Position numbers and translations under genes: made by a program. A DNA stretch of 26,658 bases from Candidatus Binatota bacterium (GTDB lineage Bacteria; Desulfobacterota; Binatia; Bin18), in NCBI GenBank assembly GCA_011523315.1, contig WTHE01000457.1:1-26658 (forward strand), read 5' to 3'. Below, piece by piece: positions 1 to 10,281 of the stretch (position 1 is the stretch's first letter; each line of letters opens with the position of its first letter). A model generated the notes under the pieces. The model had not been told where the DNA came from. It made no database searches and saw only the letters and a list, made by a program, of their open reading frames with translations.

Positions 1-300
1 CCTCACATCAGTCCCGGCAAAACCCTAGAGGGCAGTGGGGGAGCGCTGCTCGGCAGTCTGGGGGCGGCCTGGATTGGCTGGGTCTGGCTGCTGCCGGAGC
101 GGAGCTGGCCTGAGTTGAGCGTGCTGGCGGCCGTCCTGGCGGTCCTGGCCCAGATTGGGGATTTGTGCGAATCGGCGGTCAAGCGGGCGTGCGGGGCAAA
201 GGATTCGGGCCGGCTGTTCCCCGGTCACGGTGGTCTGCTGGACCGGGCCGATAGTTTGCTTTTCCCGGCCGCCTTTATCTATTACTATGGTGCCCTGTGA
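1..300 (+). CDS. cdsA: Phosphatidate cytidylyltransferase, C-terminal part (5'-truncated by window edge)
   Basis: Frame 1 is open from base 1 and reads PHISPGKTLEG...QIGDLCESAVKRACGAKDSGRLFPGHGGLLDRADS, containing the CdsA SPxKTxEG and KDSGxxxPGHGGxxDRxDS motifs. Stop TGA at 298-300. Confidence 0.95.
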   Translation, partial: PHISPGKTLEGSGGALLGSLGAAWIGWVWLLPERSWPELSVLAAVLAVLAQIGDLCESAVKRACGAKDSGRLFPGHGGLLDRADSLLFPAAFIYYYGAL

Positions 301-332
301 GCCCAGTTCGTGACTTGCGATGAGGAAGCCTC

Positions 333-1409
333 ATGGATCTGTCAACTCTGGATGTGATTTGGAAAGTCGTCCTGGTCTTTGGCCTGATTGTGTTCGTCCA
401 CGAACTCGGCCATTTCAGCCTGGCCAAGCTGGTCGGCGTTGGCGTCGAGCGGTTCTCGCTCGGCTTTGGACCCAAGCTCGTCGGACGCACGGTGGGTGAG
501 ACGGAATACCTGATCAGTGCCGTGCCGCTGGGCGGCTATGTCAAGATGGTTGGAGAAGAAACGGGCGAGGAAATCGCCCCGGAAGATATCCCGCGCTCCT
601 TTCCCCATCAGTCGTTGCTGAGTCGTTTCCTGATTGTCGCCGCCGGGCCGTGCGCCAATATTGTGACCGCCTTTGTCCTGTTTGGCCTGGCCTTTGCCAG
701 CTTTGGCATTCCAGTTGCGGTAGACGAGGCCAGGGTCGGCGGAATCGTACCCGACTCGCCGGCCCAGCAGGCCGGGCTGCAGCCCGGGGACGAGATTATG
801 AGCATTGCGGGCAGCCGGGTACACACCTGGGAGGACATGGCCGAACACATCCGCAGCAGTGGTGGGGCAGAACTCAGCCTGCAGGTCAGGCGAGCGGACA
901 GTCCCCAGCCGCTCGAGGTGGTCGTCAGCCCGGAGTTGCGCCAGGGGATGGATCAAGACGGACGTGAGCGATACGCGATTGGTATCATGCCGGACACGCG
1001 TCTGGAACCGGTATCGGTCGGCCGCGCCGTGGTGCTGGGGGCTGAGCAAACCTGGGCCATCAGCGTCCTGATCGTGCAGACTGTGGGCCAACTCCTCCAG
1101 GGGAAGGTTTCGACCAAAGAGTTGGGCGGACCGATTCTCATTGCCCAGGTGGCCGGCCAGCAGGCCCAGCGCGGGCTGAGCTACCTCCTGCACTTCACCG
1201 CCGTCATCAATGTGAATCTGGCCATCTTCAATCTCCTGCCGATTCCGATTCTGGACGGCGGCCATCTGCTCTTTCTGTTCATTGAGCTGCTCATCGGCCG
1301 TCCTCCCAGCCTGCGCTCGCGCGAGATGGCCTTGCGCGTCGGCTTCGTGGTGATCATCTCGCTGGTCGTGCTGGTCTTCTACAACGATATTGCGCGACTG
1401 GTACGCTAG
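333..1409 (+). CDS. rseP: RIP (site-2) zinc metalloprotease RseP with one PDZ domain
   Basis: HELGH zinc motif, GFGP motif, PDZ-like segment (SPAQQAGLQPGDEI) and NLLPIPILDGGH motif. SD-like GAGGA at 322-326. Confidence 0.95.
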   Translation: MDLSTLDVIWKVVLVFGLIVFVHELGHFSLAKLVGVGVERFSLGFGPKLVGRTVGETEYLISAVPLGGYVKMVGEETGEEIAPEDIPRSFPHQSLLSRFLIVAAGPCANIVTAFVLFGLAFASFGIPVAVDEARVGGIVPDSPAQQAGLQPGDEIMSIAGSRVHTWEDMAEHIRSSGGAELSLQVRRADSPQPLEVVVSPELRQGMDQDGRERYAIGIMPDTRLEPVSVGRAVVLGAEQTWAISVLIVQTVGQLLQGKVSTKELGGPILIAQVAGQQAQRGLSYLLHFTAVINVNLAIFNLLPIPILDGGHLLFLFIELLIGRPPSLRSREMALRVGFVVIISLVVLVFYNDIARLVR

Positions 1410-1437
1410 CTGTGTCACCAGCAGGGGAGACGCAAGC

Positions 1438-2157
1438 GTGCTTGTCCTCGGCCTGGACACGGCAACTTGGCTGACCAGCGTCGGATTGATGCGTGACGGG
1501 AGGGTCCTGGCCGAGGAGTCGCGCCAGGTTCGGACCGGGCACACGGATATCCTGTTGCCGCTCGTCCACCAGCTCGTGTCACGGGCCGGTGTGGGGCTGA
1601 GCGAGTTGGACGGGGTTGGGGTGTCAATCGGACCCGGCTCTTTCTCCGGCCTGCGGGTCGGCCTGAGCACGGCCAAGGGGCTGTGTTACGCGCTGGGACT
1701 GAGGCTGGTCGGCGTGTCCAGCCTGGAGGCGCTGGCGACGACCGTGGGCGATTGGCAGGGACGGCTGTGTGCCCTGCTTGACGCCCGGAGAAAAGAAGTC
1801 TACGCGGCCGTGTTCGCTCGCGAGCAACACCGTGGGCTGCGACGGCTGAGCCCCGATATGGTTGTGGCGCCGGATGAGCTGTGGCCGCATATTACGCCTC
1901 CCTGTCTGTTTGTCGGCGACGGAGCCGAGGCGTATCAGGAACTGATTCGAGACCGCTACGGTGATGCCGCCCGGTTTGTGCCGTGGACCGACTGTCATTC
2001 CAGCGGTGTGGCGGTGGCCCGTTTGGCGCTGCCGAGGCTGCGGGCCGGCGAGTCGGACGATGTCGCAACACTGGTGCCGCGCTATGTCCGCCTGTCGGAG
2101 GCTGAGCGGAAGCGACGTCAGGCCCGGTCAGCACCGTCCGGACCGGCCAAGCCCTAG
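1438..2157 (+). CDS. tsaB: tRNA threonylcarbamoyladenosine biosynthesis protein TsaB
   Basis: VLGLDTAT, GPGSFSGLRVG, LDARRKEVY and PRYVR motifs. Start moved from the track's 1390 to GTG 1438, which follows GGGGAG and avoids overlap with rseP. Confidence 0.92.
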   Translation: MLVLGLDTATWLTSVGLMRDGRVLAEESRQVRTGHTDILLPLVHQLVSRAGVGLSELDGVGVSIGPGSFSGLRVGLSTAKGLCYALGLRLVGVSSLEALATTVGDWQGRLCALLDARRKEVYAAVFAREQHRGLRRLSPDMVVAPDELWPHITPPCLFVGDGAEAYQELIRDRYGDAARFVPWTDCHSSGVAVARLALPRLRAGESDDVATLVPRYVRLSEAERKRRQARSAPSGPAKP

Positions 2158-2214
2158 ACAGGCTGGTCGAATTTTGGCATTTTGCCAGCGTTTTGAGCGT
2201 GAGAGTGAGGACGT

Positions 2215-3384
2215 ATGAATATTCATGAATACCAGGCAAAAGACCTGTTGCGGCAGTACGGCGTCGCCGTCCTGAACGGCAAAATGGCTACCACGCCCGA
2301 GGCGGCACAGGCTGCGGCCGAGGCGCTGGGCGGGCAGCTGTGTGTGGTCAAGGCCCAGATCCACGCCGGCGGTCGGGGCAAAGCGGGTGGGGTGAAGCTG
2401 GCCAAGACGCCCCAAGAGGCGCGGGACATCGCGGCCGGCCTGCTGGGAAAAAACCTGGTCACCCACCAGACCGGCCCCGAGGGCAAGGAGGTCCAAAAGG
2501 TCTTTATTGAGCAGGGCTGCGCCATTGCCAAGGAGTTCTACCTGGGCATGGTCCTTGATCGGGCCACCTCGCGCGTTACCGTCATGGCCAGCTCTGAGGG
2601 CGGGGTCGAGATTGAAGAGGTCGCCGCCCGCTCGCCCGAAAAAATCTTGCGCGAAGCCGTGGACCCGGCGCTCGGCGTCGGCGACTTTCAGGGTCGCAAA
2701 ATCGCCTACGGTCTGGGCCTGCCCAAGGAGGCGATTCCCAAAGCGGTTGCCTTTGTCAGAGCCCTGTACCGGGCCTTTATCGAGACCGACGCCTCGCTGG
2801 TCGAGATCAACCCCCTGGTCCTGACCCAGGACAACGATCTGGTCGCGCTGGACGCCAAGATGGGCTTTGACGACAACGCGTTGTACCGTCAGCCCGAGGT
2901 TCGCGATCTGCGAGACGTGTCGGAAGAGAACGAAAAAGAAATCGCGGCCTCCAAGTTCGACCTCAGTTACATCGCGCTCGACGGCGATATCGGTTGTATG
3001 GTCAACGGCGCCGGGCTGGCCATGGCCACCATGGACATCATCAAGCACTACGGCGCCGAGCCGGCCAATTTTCTGGATGTCGGGGGTGGAGCCACGACCG
3101 AAAAAGTGACCGAGGCGTTCAAGATCATTCTGTCCGATCCCAAGGTCAAGGGCGTGTTGGTCAACATCTTCGGCGGCATCATGCGTTGCGACGTGGTGGC
3201 CGATGGCGTGGTCGAAGCGGCCAAACAGGTCAAGCTGTCGGTGCCCCTGGTGGTCCGCCTTGAGGGCACGAACGTTGAGCAGGGCAAGCAGATCCTGGCC
3301 CAGTCGGGACTCAATATCATTCCGGCCAGTGACTTGGCCGATGGCGCCAAGAAGGCGGTTGAGGCGGTCAGGGCGGCGGGCTGA
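2215..3384 (+). CDS. sucC: Succinate--CoA ligase (ADP-forming) beta subunit
   Basis: MNIHEYQAK start, [42 protein letters not shown] and VVRLEGTN motifs. SD GAGGA upstream. Confidence 0.98.
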   Translation: MNIHEYQAKDLLRQYGVAVLNGKMATTPEAAQAAAEALGGQLCVVKAQIHAGGRGKAGGVKLAKTPQEARDIAAGLLGKNLVTHQTGPEGKEVQKVFIEQGCAIAKEFYLGMVLDRATSRVTVMASSEGGVEIEEVAARSPEKILREAVDPALGVGDFQGRKIAYGLGLPKEAIPKAVAFVRALYRAFIETDASLVEINPLVLTQDNDLVALDAKMGFDDNALYRQPEVRDLRDVSEENEKEIAASKFDLSYIALDGDIGCMVNGAGLAMATMDIIKHYGAEPANFLDVGGGATTEKVTEAFKIILSDPKVKGVLVNIFGGIMRCDVVADGVVEAAKQVKLSVPLVVRLEGTNVEQGKQILAQSGLNIIPASDLADGAKKAVEAVRAAG

Positions 3385-3402
3385 GTAGTCTACAGACGAG
3401 AA

Positions 3403-3450
3403 AGGTGAACGCTGATGACTCCCTTATCAGGAAGAACTCAGCGTTCACCT
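3403..3450. other. Perfect 13-bp inverted repeat (AGGTGAACGCTGA / TCAGCGTTCACCT, 22-nt loop) between sucC and sucD
   Basis: Read directly: arms at 3403-3415 and 3438-3450. There is no U-tract, so it is not called a terminator. Confidence 0.7.
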
Positions 3451-3463
3451 GTGGAGAAGTCGC

Positions 3464-4360
3464 GTGAGTATTCTTGTGAATAAAGAGACCAGAGTGGTCA
3501 CCCAGGGCATTACCGGTTCAACCGGTCAGCTCCACACCCGGGCCTGCCGGGAATACGGCACCCAGATGGTGGCCGGCGTGACCCCGGGCCGGGGTGGGAC
3601 CGATTTTGAGGGCATTCCTATTTTTAATACCGTCGCCGAGTCGGTAGCCGCAACCGGCGCCAACGCCTCGGTGATCTATGTCCCCCCGCCGTTTGCCGCC
3701 GACGCGATTCTTGAGGCGGTTGACGCCGAACTCCCGCTGGTGATCTGCATCACCGAGGGCATTCCTATTTTGGACATGATCCGGGTCAAACGCTATATGG
3801 CGGGCAAGGCGTCCCGTCTGATCGGCCCCAACTGTCCCGGCGTCATCACGCCAGGCGAGTGTAAGATCGGCATCATGCCGGGCTATATTCACAAGACGGG
3901 CACCATTGGGGTGGTGTCGCGCAGCGGCACGCTGACCTACGAGGCGGTTCATCAGCTGACCCAGATCGGGATCGGGCAGTCCAGCTGCGTCGGCATCGGC
4001 GGCGATCCGGTCAACGGGACCGGCTTTGTCGATGTGCTGCGCCTGTTCCAGGACGACCCGCAGACCGAAGGGGTGGTGCTGATCGGTGAAATCGGGGGCA
4101 GCGCCGAAGAAGACGCGGCCGCCTTTATCCAGGCTCAGATGACCAAACCCGTGGCCGCCTTTATCGCCGGGCAGACCGCGCCCAAGGGCAAGCGCATGGG
4201 TCACGCCGGGGCGATCATTGCCGGGGGCTCGGGCACGGCCGCAGAAAAAATTCGAGCCTTTGAGCAGGCCGGCGTGCACACGATTCCCAGCCCGGCCGAG
4301 ATGGGGGTAACCATGGCCAGGGCGATGGGCATCGCGGTCGAGGAGCCGGCCGGTTCGTGA
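3464..4360 (+). CDS. sucD: Succinate--CoA ligase alpha subunit
   Basis: QGITG, GVTPG, IGPNCPG and RSGTLTYE motifs, plus phospho-His motif MGHAGA. GTG start preceded by GGAGA. Confidence 0.98.
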   Translation: MSILVNKETRVVTQGITGSTGQLHTRACREYGTQMVAGVTPGRGGTDFEGIPIFNTVAESVAATGANASVIYVPPPFAADAILEAVDAELPLVICITEGIPILDMIRVKRYMAGKASRLIGPNCPGVITPGECKIGIMPGYIHKTGTIGVVSRSGTLTYEAVHQLTQIGIGQSSCVGIGGDPVNGTGFVDVLRLFQDDPQTEGVVLIGEIGGSAEEDAAAFIQAQMTKPVAAFIAGQTAPKGKRMGHAGAIIAGGSGTAAEKIRAFEQAGVHTIPSPAEMGVTMARAMGIAVEEPAGS

Positions 4361-5445
4361 ACCCCGAGCGCCTGTTTGAGCGCGCCGAACGCGCCCGCCA
4401 CGCCAGCCGCTTTGCCGCCGCTCTCGACCTCTACCGCCAGGCCCGGACCGTCTATGCCAGCGAGGGAGATCCCGACGGAGAGCGCGATGCCTGCATCGGC
4501 ATTGGCGACTGCCTGCGTATGCTGGGACGCTTCGGTCTGGCCAAACGTGCCTATGCCAGGGCGGTCAACCTGTCCGAGGCACTGCACGACCCGGAAGGCT
4601 TGGCTGAGAGCCAGGCCGGTTTCGGTCTCAGCCTGCGCGCCCAGGGCAATCCCGAACGCGCTTTGCCCTATCTCCAGCACGCCCATCGGCTGTACCGCCA
4701 GGCCCAGGCTGCCCAGGGCGAGGGATTCGTCCTGTGGGCGCTCGGCAGCACCTACCGCTTTTGTGGCGATTTGCGCAAGGCGATCAGGCATTTCAAGAAT
4801 GCCTTAGTCCTGGCCCAGCAGCAGGGCGACGAGCCCGGTACCGGCTATGCCCTGTGCGGGTTGGGCGGCGCTTCGCGCCTGATGGGCCGCTTTGCCGATA
4901 CCCAGGACTATTATCAGCGGGCAAACGCGCTGTTCGAGGCCGAAAAAGACACCTATGGGCGCGCCTATTCCTACTGCGGGCTGGGCAATGCCGCACGGAT
5001 GCAGGGCGACTATGCGACGGCCATGCAGCTGTTTGCCAGGGCCGAGCAGCTCTACGCCCGCATTGGTGATACCGCCGGCTTTGCCTATACCGTCTGGGCG
5101 ATGGCCACCGTCCACAAGATGCGCGGCGATTATCCCCGCAGCGCCCAGACCTTTGCCCGGGCTCGGGATCTGTTCCGGAAAACCCGGGATGCCCGTGGCG
5201 GCATCTACTGCCGGCTGGGGACAGGCGAGCTGGCGCTGCTGCGGGGCAGACACAAAACCGCCCAGACCGCTTTTAGCCGCTGTCTGGAGAGGGCCGAGCA
5301 ACTTGGCTATCATGCCGAAGCGTGCCACGCCCGGACCGGGCTGGCCCTGCTCGACGACACGCCCGACTGGGCTGCGGTCAAACAAGCCCACCGTCAGTGC
5401 GGTTTGCACTTCACCCCGCCGCCGCCGCCCTTGAATCTGCCCTGA
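4357..5445 (+). CDS. Standalone tetratricopeptide-like repeat protein (about 8 repeats of 40 aa)
   Basis: 40-aa periodicity of Y/FxxA...GDxxG.AY...LG....GxY..A across the protein. GTGA overlap with the sucD stop. No signal peptide evident. Confidence 0.85.
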   Translation: MNPERLFERAERARHASRFAAALDLYRQARTVYASEGDPDGERDACIGIGDCLRMLGRFGLAKRAYARAVNLSEALHDPEGLAESQAGFGLSLRAQGNPERALPYLQHAHRLYRQAQAAQGEGFVLWALGSTYRFCGDLRKAIRHFKNALVLAQQQGDEPGTGYALCGLGGASRLMGRFADTQDYYQRANALFEAEKDTYGRAYSYCGLGNAARMQGDYATAMQLFARAEQLYARIGDTAGFAYTVWAMATVHKMRGDYPRSAQTFARARDLFRKTRDARGGIYCRLGTGELALLRGRHKTAQTAFSRCLERAEQLGYHAEACHARTGLALLDDTPDWAAVKQAHRQCGLHFTPPPPPLNLP

Positions 5446-5487
5446 ACGGGGCGACACGGACGGGGAGATTCCGAACCGGGCGGCGCG

Positions 5488-5516
5488 TTGACCCCCTTTT
5501 GGCCTCCCGCTACACT
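5488..5516 (+). promoter_or_regulatory. Sigma70-type promoter upstream of ndk
   Basis: TTGACC (5488-5493), 17-bp spacer, TACACT (5511-5516), 26 nt before the ndk ATG. Confidence 0.7.
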
Positions 5517-5542
5517 GGCCCGACGCTGAAGAAAGGACCAGC

Positions 5543-5965
5543 ATGAAAGAACGTACCCTGTCGATCATCAAGCCGGACGCCGTGCAAAAGAATGTTGTGG
5601 GTGAGATTCTGGCTCGGTTTGAACGCGCCGGTCTCAAGATCATTGCGGCCAGGCTGCTCCAGCTCAGCAAGGCCGAGGCCCAGGGGTTTTACGCCGTCCA
5701 TAAGGAACGCCCTTTTTTCGACAGCCTGACGACCTTCATGTCGTCCGGACCCATTCTGGTCTCGGTGCTCGAAGGCCAGGACGCCATCCAGACCAACCGG
5801 CGGCTGATGGGCGCGACCAACCCGGCCGAGGCCGAGCCGGGGACGATTCGCAAGGACTTTGCGACCGACATCGAGAAGAATGCCGTCCACGGCTCCGACG
5901 GGCCGGACACCGCCCGCCAGGAAATCGCCTATTTCTTTGGGGAGATGGAGCTCCACACGTCTTAA
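5543..5965 (+). CDS. ndk: Nucleoside diphosphate kinase
   Basis: [26 protein letters not shown] and NAVHGSD (phospho-His) motifs. SD AAAGGA. Confidence 0.98.
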   Translation: MKERTLSIIKPDAVQKNVVGEILARFERAGLKIIAARLLQLSKAEAQGFYAVHKERPFFDSLTTFMSSGPILVSVLEGQDAIQTNRRLMGATNPAEAEPGTIRKDFATDIEKNAVHGSDGPDTARQEIAYFFGEMELHTS

Positions 5966-6987
5966 TGTCACACGACATTAAAGAACTCAGCCGGGCCGAA
6001 CTTGAGCAGTGGTGCCTCGACAACGGCTACACCACCTTTCGGGCCCGGCAAATCCTGCGCTGGCTCTACCGGCACGGGACCACCAGCTTTGCCGATATGA
6101 GCGATGTGTCGGTCGCCCTGCGGGAACGGCTGGCCGCAGCCTTTTCGATTGGCCGTCTGACCTGCGTGCGGACCTCGGCCGCCGCCGACGGGACGCGCAA
6201 ATACCTGTTTGGTCTGGCCGATGGACGGCGGATCGAGAGTGTTCTGATTCCCGCTCCGGGCCGTCAAACCTTGTGCATCTCGTCCCAGTTTGGCTGTGCG
6301 ATGGGGTGCCAGTTCTGTGCTACGGCGCGGATGCGGCCGGTACGGGACCTGACCGCCGGAGAGATCGTTGGGCAGGTGTGGGAGGTCCAGCGCGAGCTAG
6401 ATGCTGACCAGCAACTGACCAACGTCGTGTTCATGGGCATGGGCGAACCGTTGGCCAACTACGATCAGGTGGTAAAGGCCATTGAGGTGCTGACCGCCGA
6501 GTGGGGGCTTAATTTTTCTCCCCGCCGGGTCACGGTCTCCACGGTTGGGCTGGTGCCGCAGATGCAGCGTCTGTTGGACGAGACCCGGGTCAATCTGACC
6601 GTCTCGCTGAGCGCGACCACCGATGAACTGCGCGCCAGATTGATGCCGGTCAACAGCCGCTATCCCCTCGGGCAGCTGCTCGACGCGTGCCGCAGTCTGC
6701 CGGCCCGCTCGCGGCGACGTCTGACCTTTGCCTACACCATGTTGGCCGGCGTGAACGACGGTCTGACCGACGCCCGGCGGCTGGTCAAACTGCTGCACGG
6801 CATACCCGCCAAGGTCAACCTCATCCCCTTTAACGCTTTTCCCGGCTCGGATTTTACGTCAAGCCCGCGCCTCCACATCGACCGTTTTCGCCAGCTCCTG
6901 TTGGACAAAGGCGTGCTGGCGACGATACGCGAAAGCCGCGGCCAAGATGTCCTGGCCGCGTGCGGCCAGCTGGCGACCCAGGGCTGA
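5965..6987 (+). CDS. rlmN: Dual-specificity RNA methyltransferase RlmN (radical SAM)
   Basis: CISSQFGCAMGCQFC (CxxxCxxC), FMGMGEP, KVNLIPFN and AACGQL motifs. TAATG stop/start overlap with ndk. Confidence 0.95.
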   Translation: MSHDIKELSRAELEQWCLDNGYTTFRARQILRWLYRHGTTSFADMSDVSVALRERLAAAFSIGRLTCVRTSAAADGTRKYLFGLADGRRIESVLIPAPGRQTLCISSQFGCAMGCQFCATARMRPVRDLTAGEIVGQVWEVQRELDADQQLTNVVFMGMGEPLANYDQVVKAIEVLTAEWGLNFSPRRVTVSTVGLVPQMQRLLDETRVNLTVSLSATTDELRARLMPVNSRYPLGQLLDACRSLPARSRRRLTFAYTMLAGVNDGLTDARRLVKLLHGIPAKVNLIPFNAFPGSDFTSSPRLHIDRFRQLLLDKGVLATIRESRGQDVLAACGQLATQG

Positions 6988-7022
6988 CAGCGCGCTCAGA
7001 ACAACTTTGCAAGGACACAGGC

Positions 7023-7892
7023 ATGGCAACACTCGGTGTAATCGGCGGCAGTGGGCTGTATCAGATGACCGGGCTCAGCAACGGCCAATGGGTGTCGGTT
7101 GAGACTCCGTTTGGCGCGCCCTCGGACGACTACTTTGTGGGCGAGCTTGACGACGTGCGGCTGGTCTTCCTGCCCCGTCACGGTCGGGGCCACCGGGTCC
7201 TGCCCTCGGAGCTGAACTTCAGAGCCAATATCTACGGGATGAAAAAGCTCGGCGTGGAATACCTGATTGGAGTCGGGGCGGTGGGCAGCCTCAAGCAGGA
7301 CATTGCGCCCGGCCATCTGGTCATTCCCGATCAGTTCATTGATCGGACCCGGAGTCGAATCGGGACCTTTTTTGGTCGCGGCCTGGTTGCCCATGTGTCT
7401 TTTGCCGATCCGGTGTGCGCGTCGCTGTCGGGGCTGTTGGCCGAGGTCGGTCGCGGACTCGGGGCGGCGATTCACGCCGGCGGGACCTATGTGTGCATGG
7501 AGGGCCCCCAGTTTTCGACCCGGGCCGAGTCTTTCCTGTACCGCAGTTGGGGGGCCGATGTGATCGGCATGACCAGTCTTCAGGAGGCCAAGCTGGCGCG
7601 CGAGGCCGAGCTGTGTTTTGCCAACCTGGCTCTGGCCACCGACTACGACTGCTGGAACACCGAGGCTGGCGACGTGGTGATCGAGGAGGTGTTGGCGATC
7701 CTCAACACGAACGTCACGACCGCCCAGCAGATCGTCCGCGAGGCTGCGGCCCAACTCCCGGACCGTCAGGCCTGTGGCTGCTCCCAGGCGCTGAAAGACG
7801 CCATTATCACCGACCGGAGTCTGATTCCGGCCGAGTTGAAGCGCGAGCTTGACCTCTTGATCGGCAGGTATCTCCGAGCGGCTCAGCCATGA
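7023..7892 (+). CDS. mtnP: S-methyl-5'-thioadenosine phosphorylase
   Basis: GVIGGSG, FLPRHG, MEGPQFSTRAES, GMT and ATDYDCW motifs. Start set at ATG 7023 after AAGGA (track starts at 6960). Confidence 0.93.
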   Translation: MATLGVIGGSGLYQMTGLSNGQWVSVETPFGAPSDDYFVGELDDVRLVFLPRHGRGHRVLPSELNFRANIYGMKKLGVEYLIGVGAVGSLKQDIAPGHLVIPDQFIDRTRSRIGTFFGRGLVAHVSFADPVCASLSGLLAEVGRGLGAAIHAGGTYVCMEGPQFSTRAESFLYRSWGADVIGMTSLQEAKLAREAELCFANLALATDYDCWNTEAGDVVIEEVLAILNTNVTTAQQIVREAAAQLPDRQACGCSQALKDAIITDRSLIPAELKRELDLLIGRYLRAAQP

Positions 7893-8896
7893 CGCATGAC
7901 ACGACAACGCCTCAGCCCGCAGCCCCGGCTCCGCCAGCCGTCAACCCCGACCCAGAGCCATATCTGTCGGTGGTCGTGCCGATCTACAACGAGGCCGAAA
8001 ATCTGCGGCCGCTGTGTCAGACCCTGTCCGAGGTCTTGTCGGCAGGCAGCTGGAGCCACGAGGTGATTATGGTCGATGACGGTAGCACAGATGGCAGCGC
8101 TGACATCCTGGTCGAGCTGCACCAGGCCTACAGCTGGCTGAAAGTCGTGCGCTTTCGGCGGAATTTTGGCCAAACGGCCGCCCTGGCGGCTGCCTTCGCC
8201 CATGCCCGGGGCGAGGTGATCGTGTCGCTGGACGGCGACCTGCAAAACGACCCGGCCGATATCCCCAAGCTGGTGGCCAAGCTCAACGAGGGCTACGATC
8301 TGGTCAACGGCTGGCGGGTTGATCGGCAGGATCCGTTTTGGCAGCGTCGCCTGCCATCCCAGATTGCCAACTGGGTGATCTCGCTGTTGACCCAGGTCAA
8401 GCTGCACGACTACGGCTGTACCCTCAAAGCCTTCCGCCGTCATATCGCCAAAGACCTGAAGCTGTATGGCGAGATGCACCGCTTCATCCCGGCCCTGGCC
8501 CGCGATCTGGGGGCAACGATTACCGAGATGCCGGTCACTCATCACCCGCGCACCCGTGGGACTTCCAAATACGGTCTGGCGCGGACCCTGTGGGTGATCC
8601 TGGATCTCTTGACGGTCAAGTTTCTGTCGAGCTATGCCACCCGCCCGAGCCATTTATTCGGTCTGCTGGGCTTTGTGTCGCTGCTGGTCGGCGGCCTCAT
8701 TACGACCGTCCTGGGGGTGCAGCGTCTGTTCTTTGCCGTTGAGCTGTCCAACCGTCCGCTGCTGTTGCTCGGTCTGCTGCTGATCGTAACCGGTGTCCAG
8801 TTCCTGACCATGGGACTGATCGGCGAGATGCTGATCCGCACCTACCACGAGAGCCAGGAGAAGCCCATCTACTGGATTAAAGACGTGTTGGAATGA
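7889..8896 (+). CDS. Family 2 glycosyltransferase, polyprenol-phosphate type (GtrB/ArnC/DPM1-like) with C-terminal TM helices
   Basis: SVVVPIYNEAENL, VDDGSTDGS, RNFGQTAA, LDGDLQNDP and EMHRFIP motifs, with two hydrophobic C-terminal segments. ATGA overlap with mtnP. Confidence 0.9.
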   Translation: MTHDTTTPQPAAPAPPAVNPDPEPYLSVVVPIYNEAENLRPLCQTLSEVLSAGSWSHEVIMVDDGSTDGSADILVELHQAYSWLKVVRFRRNFGQTAALAAAFAHARGEVIVSLDGDLQNDPADIPKLVAKLNEGYDLVNGWRVDRQDPFWQRRLPSQIANWVISLLTQVKLHDYGCTLKAFRRHIAKDLKLYGEMHRFIPALARDLGATITEMPVTHHPRTRGTSKYGLARTLWVILDLLTVKFLSSYATRPSHLFGLLGFVSLLVGGLITTVLGVQRLFFAVELSNRPLLLLGLLLIVTGVQFLTMGLIGEMLIRTYHESQEKPIYWIKDVLE

Positions 8897-8933
8897 GAAC
8901 CGGGAGCCGTCGGCTCCGGGGGCAGGAGAGACT

Positions 8934-10274
8934 ATGCGGCTGTGTGTTATTGGGACCGGCTATGTGGGACTGGTGGCGGGAACCTGTTTTGCCGAGAGCG
9001 GCAATGAGGTGGTGTGTGTGGATATCGACCGGCACAAGATCGCCGAGCTGAACGCCGGCCGGGTGCCGATCTACGAACCCGGTCTGGCCGAGCTGCTGCA
9101 ACGCAACACCACAGACGGCCGGCTGCGGTTTTCGACCGACCTGGCCGCAGCGGTCAGGGACAGTCTGGTGTGCTTTATCGCCGTGGGCACGCCGTCCGAC
9201 GGCGACGGCTCGGCCGATGTCCAGATGGTGGTCGAGGCCGCTCAGAGCATTGCCGGCGCCATGCCGGGCTATCGGATTGTGGTCCTCAAGAGTACGGTCC
9301 CGGTTGGGACGGCTCAGACGGTCCGGCAGGCGATGGCGGCGCTCACCGCGCATCCGTTCGACATTGTCTCGAATCCCGAGTTTCTCAAGGAAGGGGCGGC
9401 TGTTGAAGACTTCATGAAGCCCGACCGGATTGTCCTGGGCGGCGCTGACGAGCGCGCCCTGTCCGTCGTGCAGGAGCTGTACGCCCCGTTTGTCCGCACC
9501 GACAATCCGATTCTGGTCATGGACAACCGCAGCGCAGAAATGACCAAGTACGCGGCCAACGCGTTTCTGGCCACCCGTATTTCGTTTATCAACGAAATCG
9601 CCCGGCTGTGCGAAAAAACCGGGGCCGATGTGGCCGAGGTGCGGCGCGGCATGGGCTCTGATCGGCGGATTGGGCAGGCCTTTCTGTTTCCCGGCGTTGG
9701 CTACGGTGGCTCGTGCTTCCCCAAAGACGTGCGGGCGGTCATCCAGATGGCTGAACACCACGGCGTGGACTTCTCGCTGCTGAAAGCCGTTGAGGCGGTC
9801 AACGCCCGGCAGAAGCGGCTGTTGGTCGACAAGGTCCAGCAGACCTTCGGCACCGATCTCAGCGGACGCAGGCTGGCCATCTGGGGTTTGGCCTTCAAGC
9901 CCCGCACCGACGATATGCGCGAAGCCCCGTCGCTGGTCATCGTCGAGGCGCTGCTGGCCGCCGGGGCCAGCCTGGCGGTGCACGACCCGGAGGCGCTCGA
10001 CCGGGCGCGTCAGCTGTTCGGTGCGCGCGTGTCCTACCACCGGGGCAATTACGAGGCCCTGGACGAGGCGGATGCCCTGCTGATTGTCACCGAGTGGAAC
10101 GAGTTTCGGCGGCCGGACTTTGCCCGCATGCGGGCGGTGATGAAGACACCGATCATTTTTGACGGCCGCAATCTGTACGAGCCGAGGATGATGGACCAGG
10201 CGGGCTTTCGCTACTATGCGGTTGGCCGTCGGGCCGTCGGCCATACCTCCCCGGATACGGCGTCCGCAGCCTGA
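8934..10274 (+). CDS. ugd: UDP-glucose 6-dehydrogenase
   Basis: [37 protein letters not shown] (catalytic Cys) and GLAFKP motifs. Confidence 0.93.
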   Translation: MRLCVIGTGYVGLVAGTCFAESGNEVVCVDIDRHKIAELNAGRVPIYEPGLAELLQRNTTDGRLRFSTDLAAAVRDSLVCFIAVGTPSDGDGSADVQMVVEAAQSIAGAMPGYRIVVLKSTVPVGTAQTVRQAMAALTAHPFDIVSNPEFLKEGAAVEDFMKPDRIVLGGADERALSVVQELYAPFVRTDNPILVMDNRSAEMTKYAANAFLATRISFINEIARLCEKTGADVAEVRRGMGSDRRIGQAFLFPGVGYGGSCFPKDVRAVIQMAEHHGVDFSLLKAVEAVNARQKRLLVDKVQQTFGTDLSGRRLAIWGLAFKPRTDDMREAPSLVIVEALLAAGASLAVHDPEALDRARQLFGARVSYHRGNYEALDEADALLIVTEWNEFRRPDFARMRAVMKTPIIFDGRNLYEPRMMDQAGFRYYAVGRRAVGHTSPDTASAA

Positions 10275-10281
10275 GGCGGCC

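Noticed and set aside
2173-2186. TGGCATTTTGC upstream of sucC as a sigma54 promoter
   Set aside because: The GG-to-GC spacing is shorter than the strict -24/-12 spacing.
5415-5430. CCG tandem run at the end of the TPR gene as a phase-variable tract
   Set aside because: It is a short in-frame trinucleotide run encoding PPPPP, so slippage would not shift the frame.
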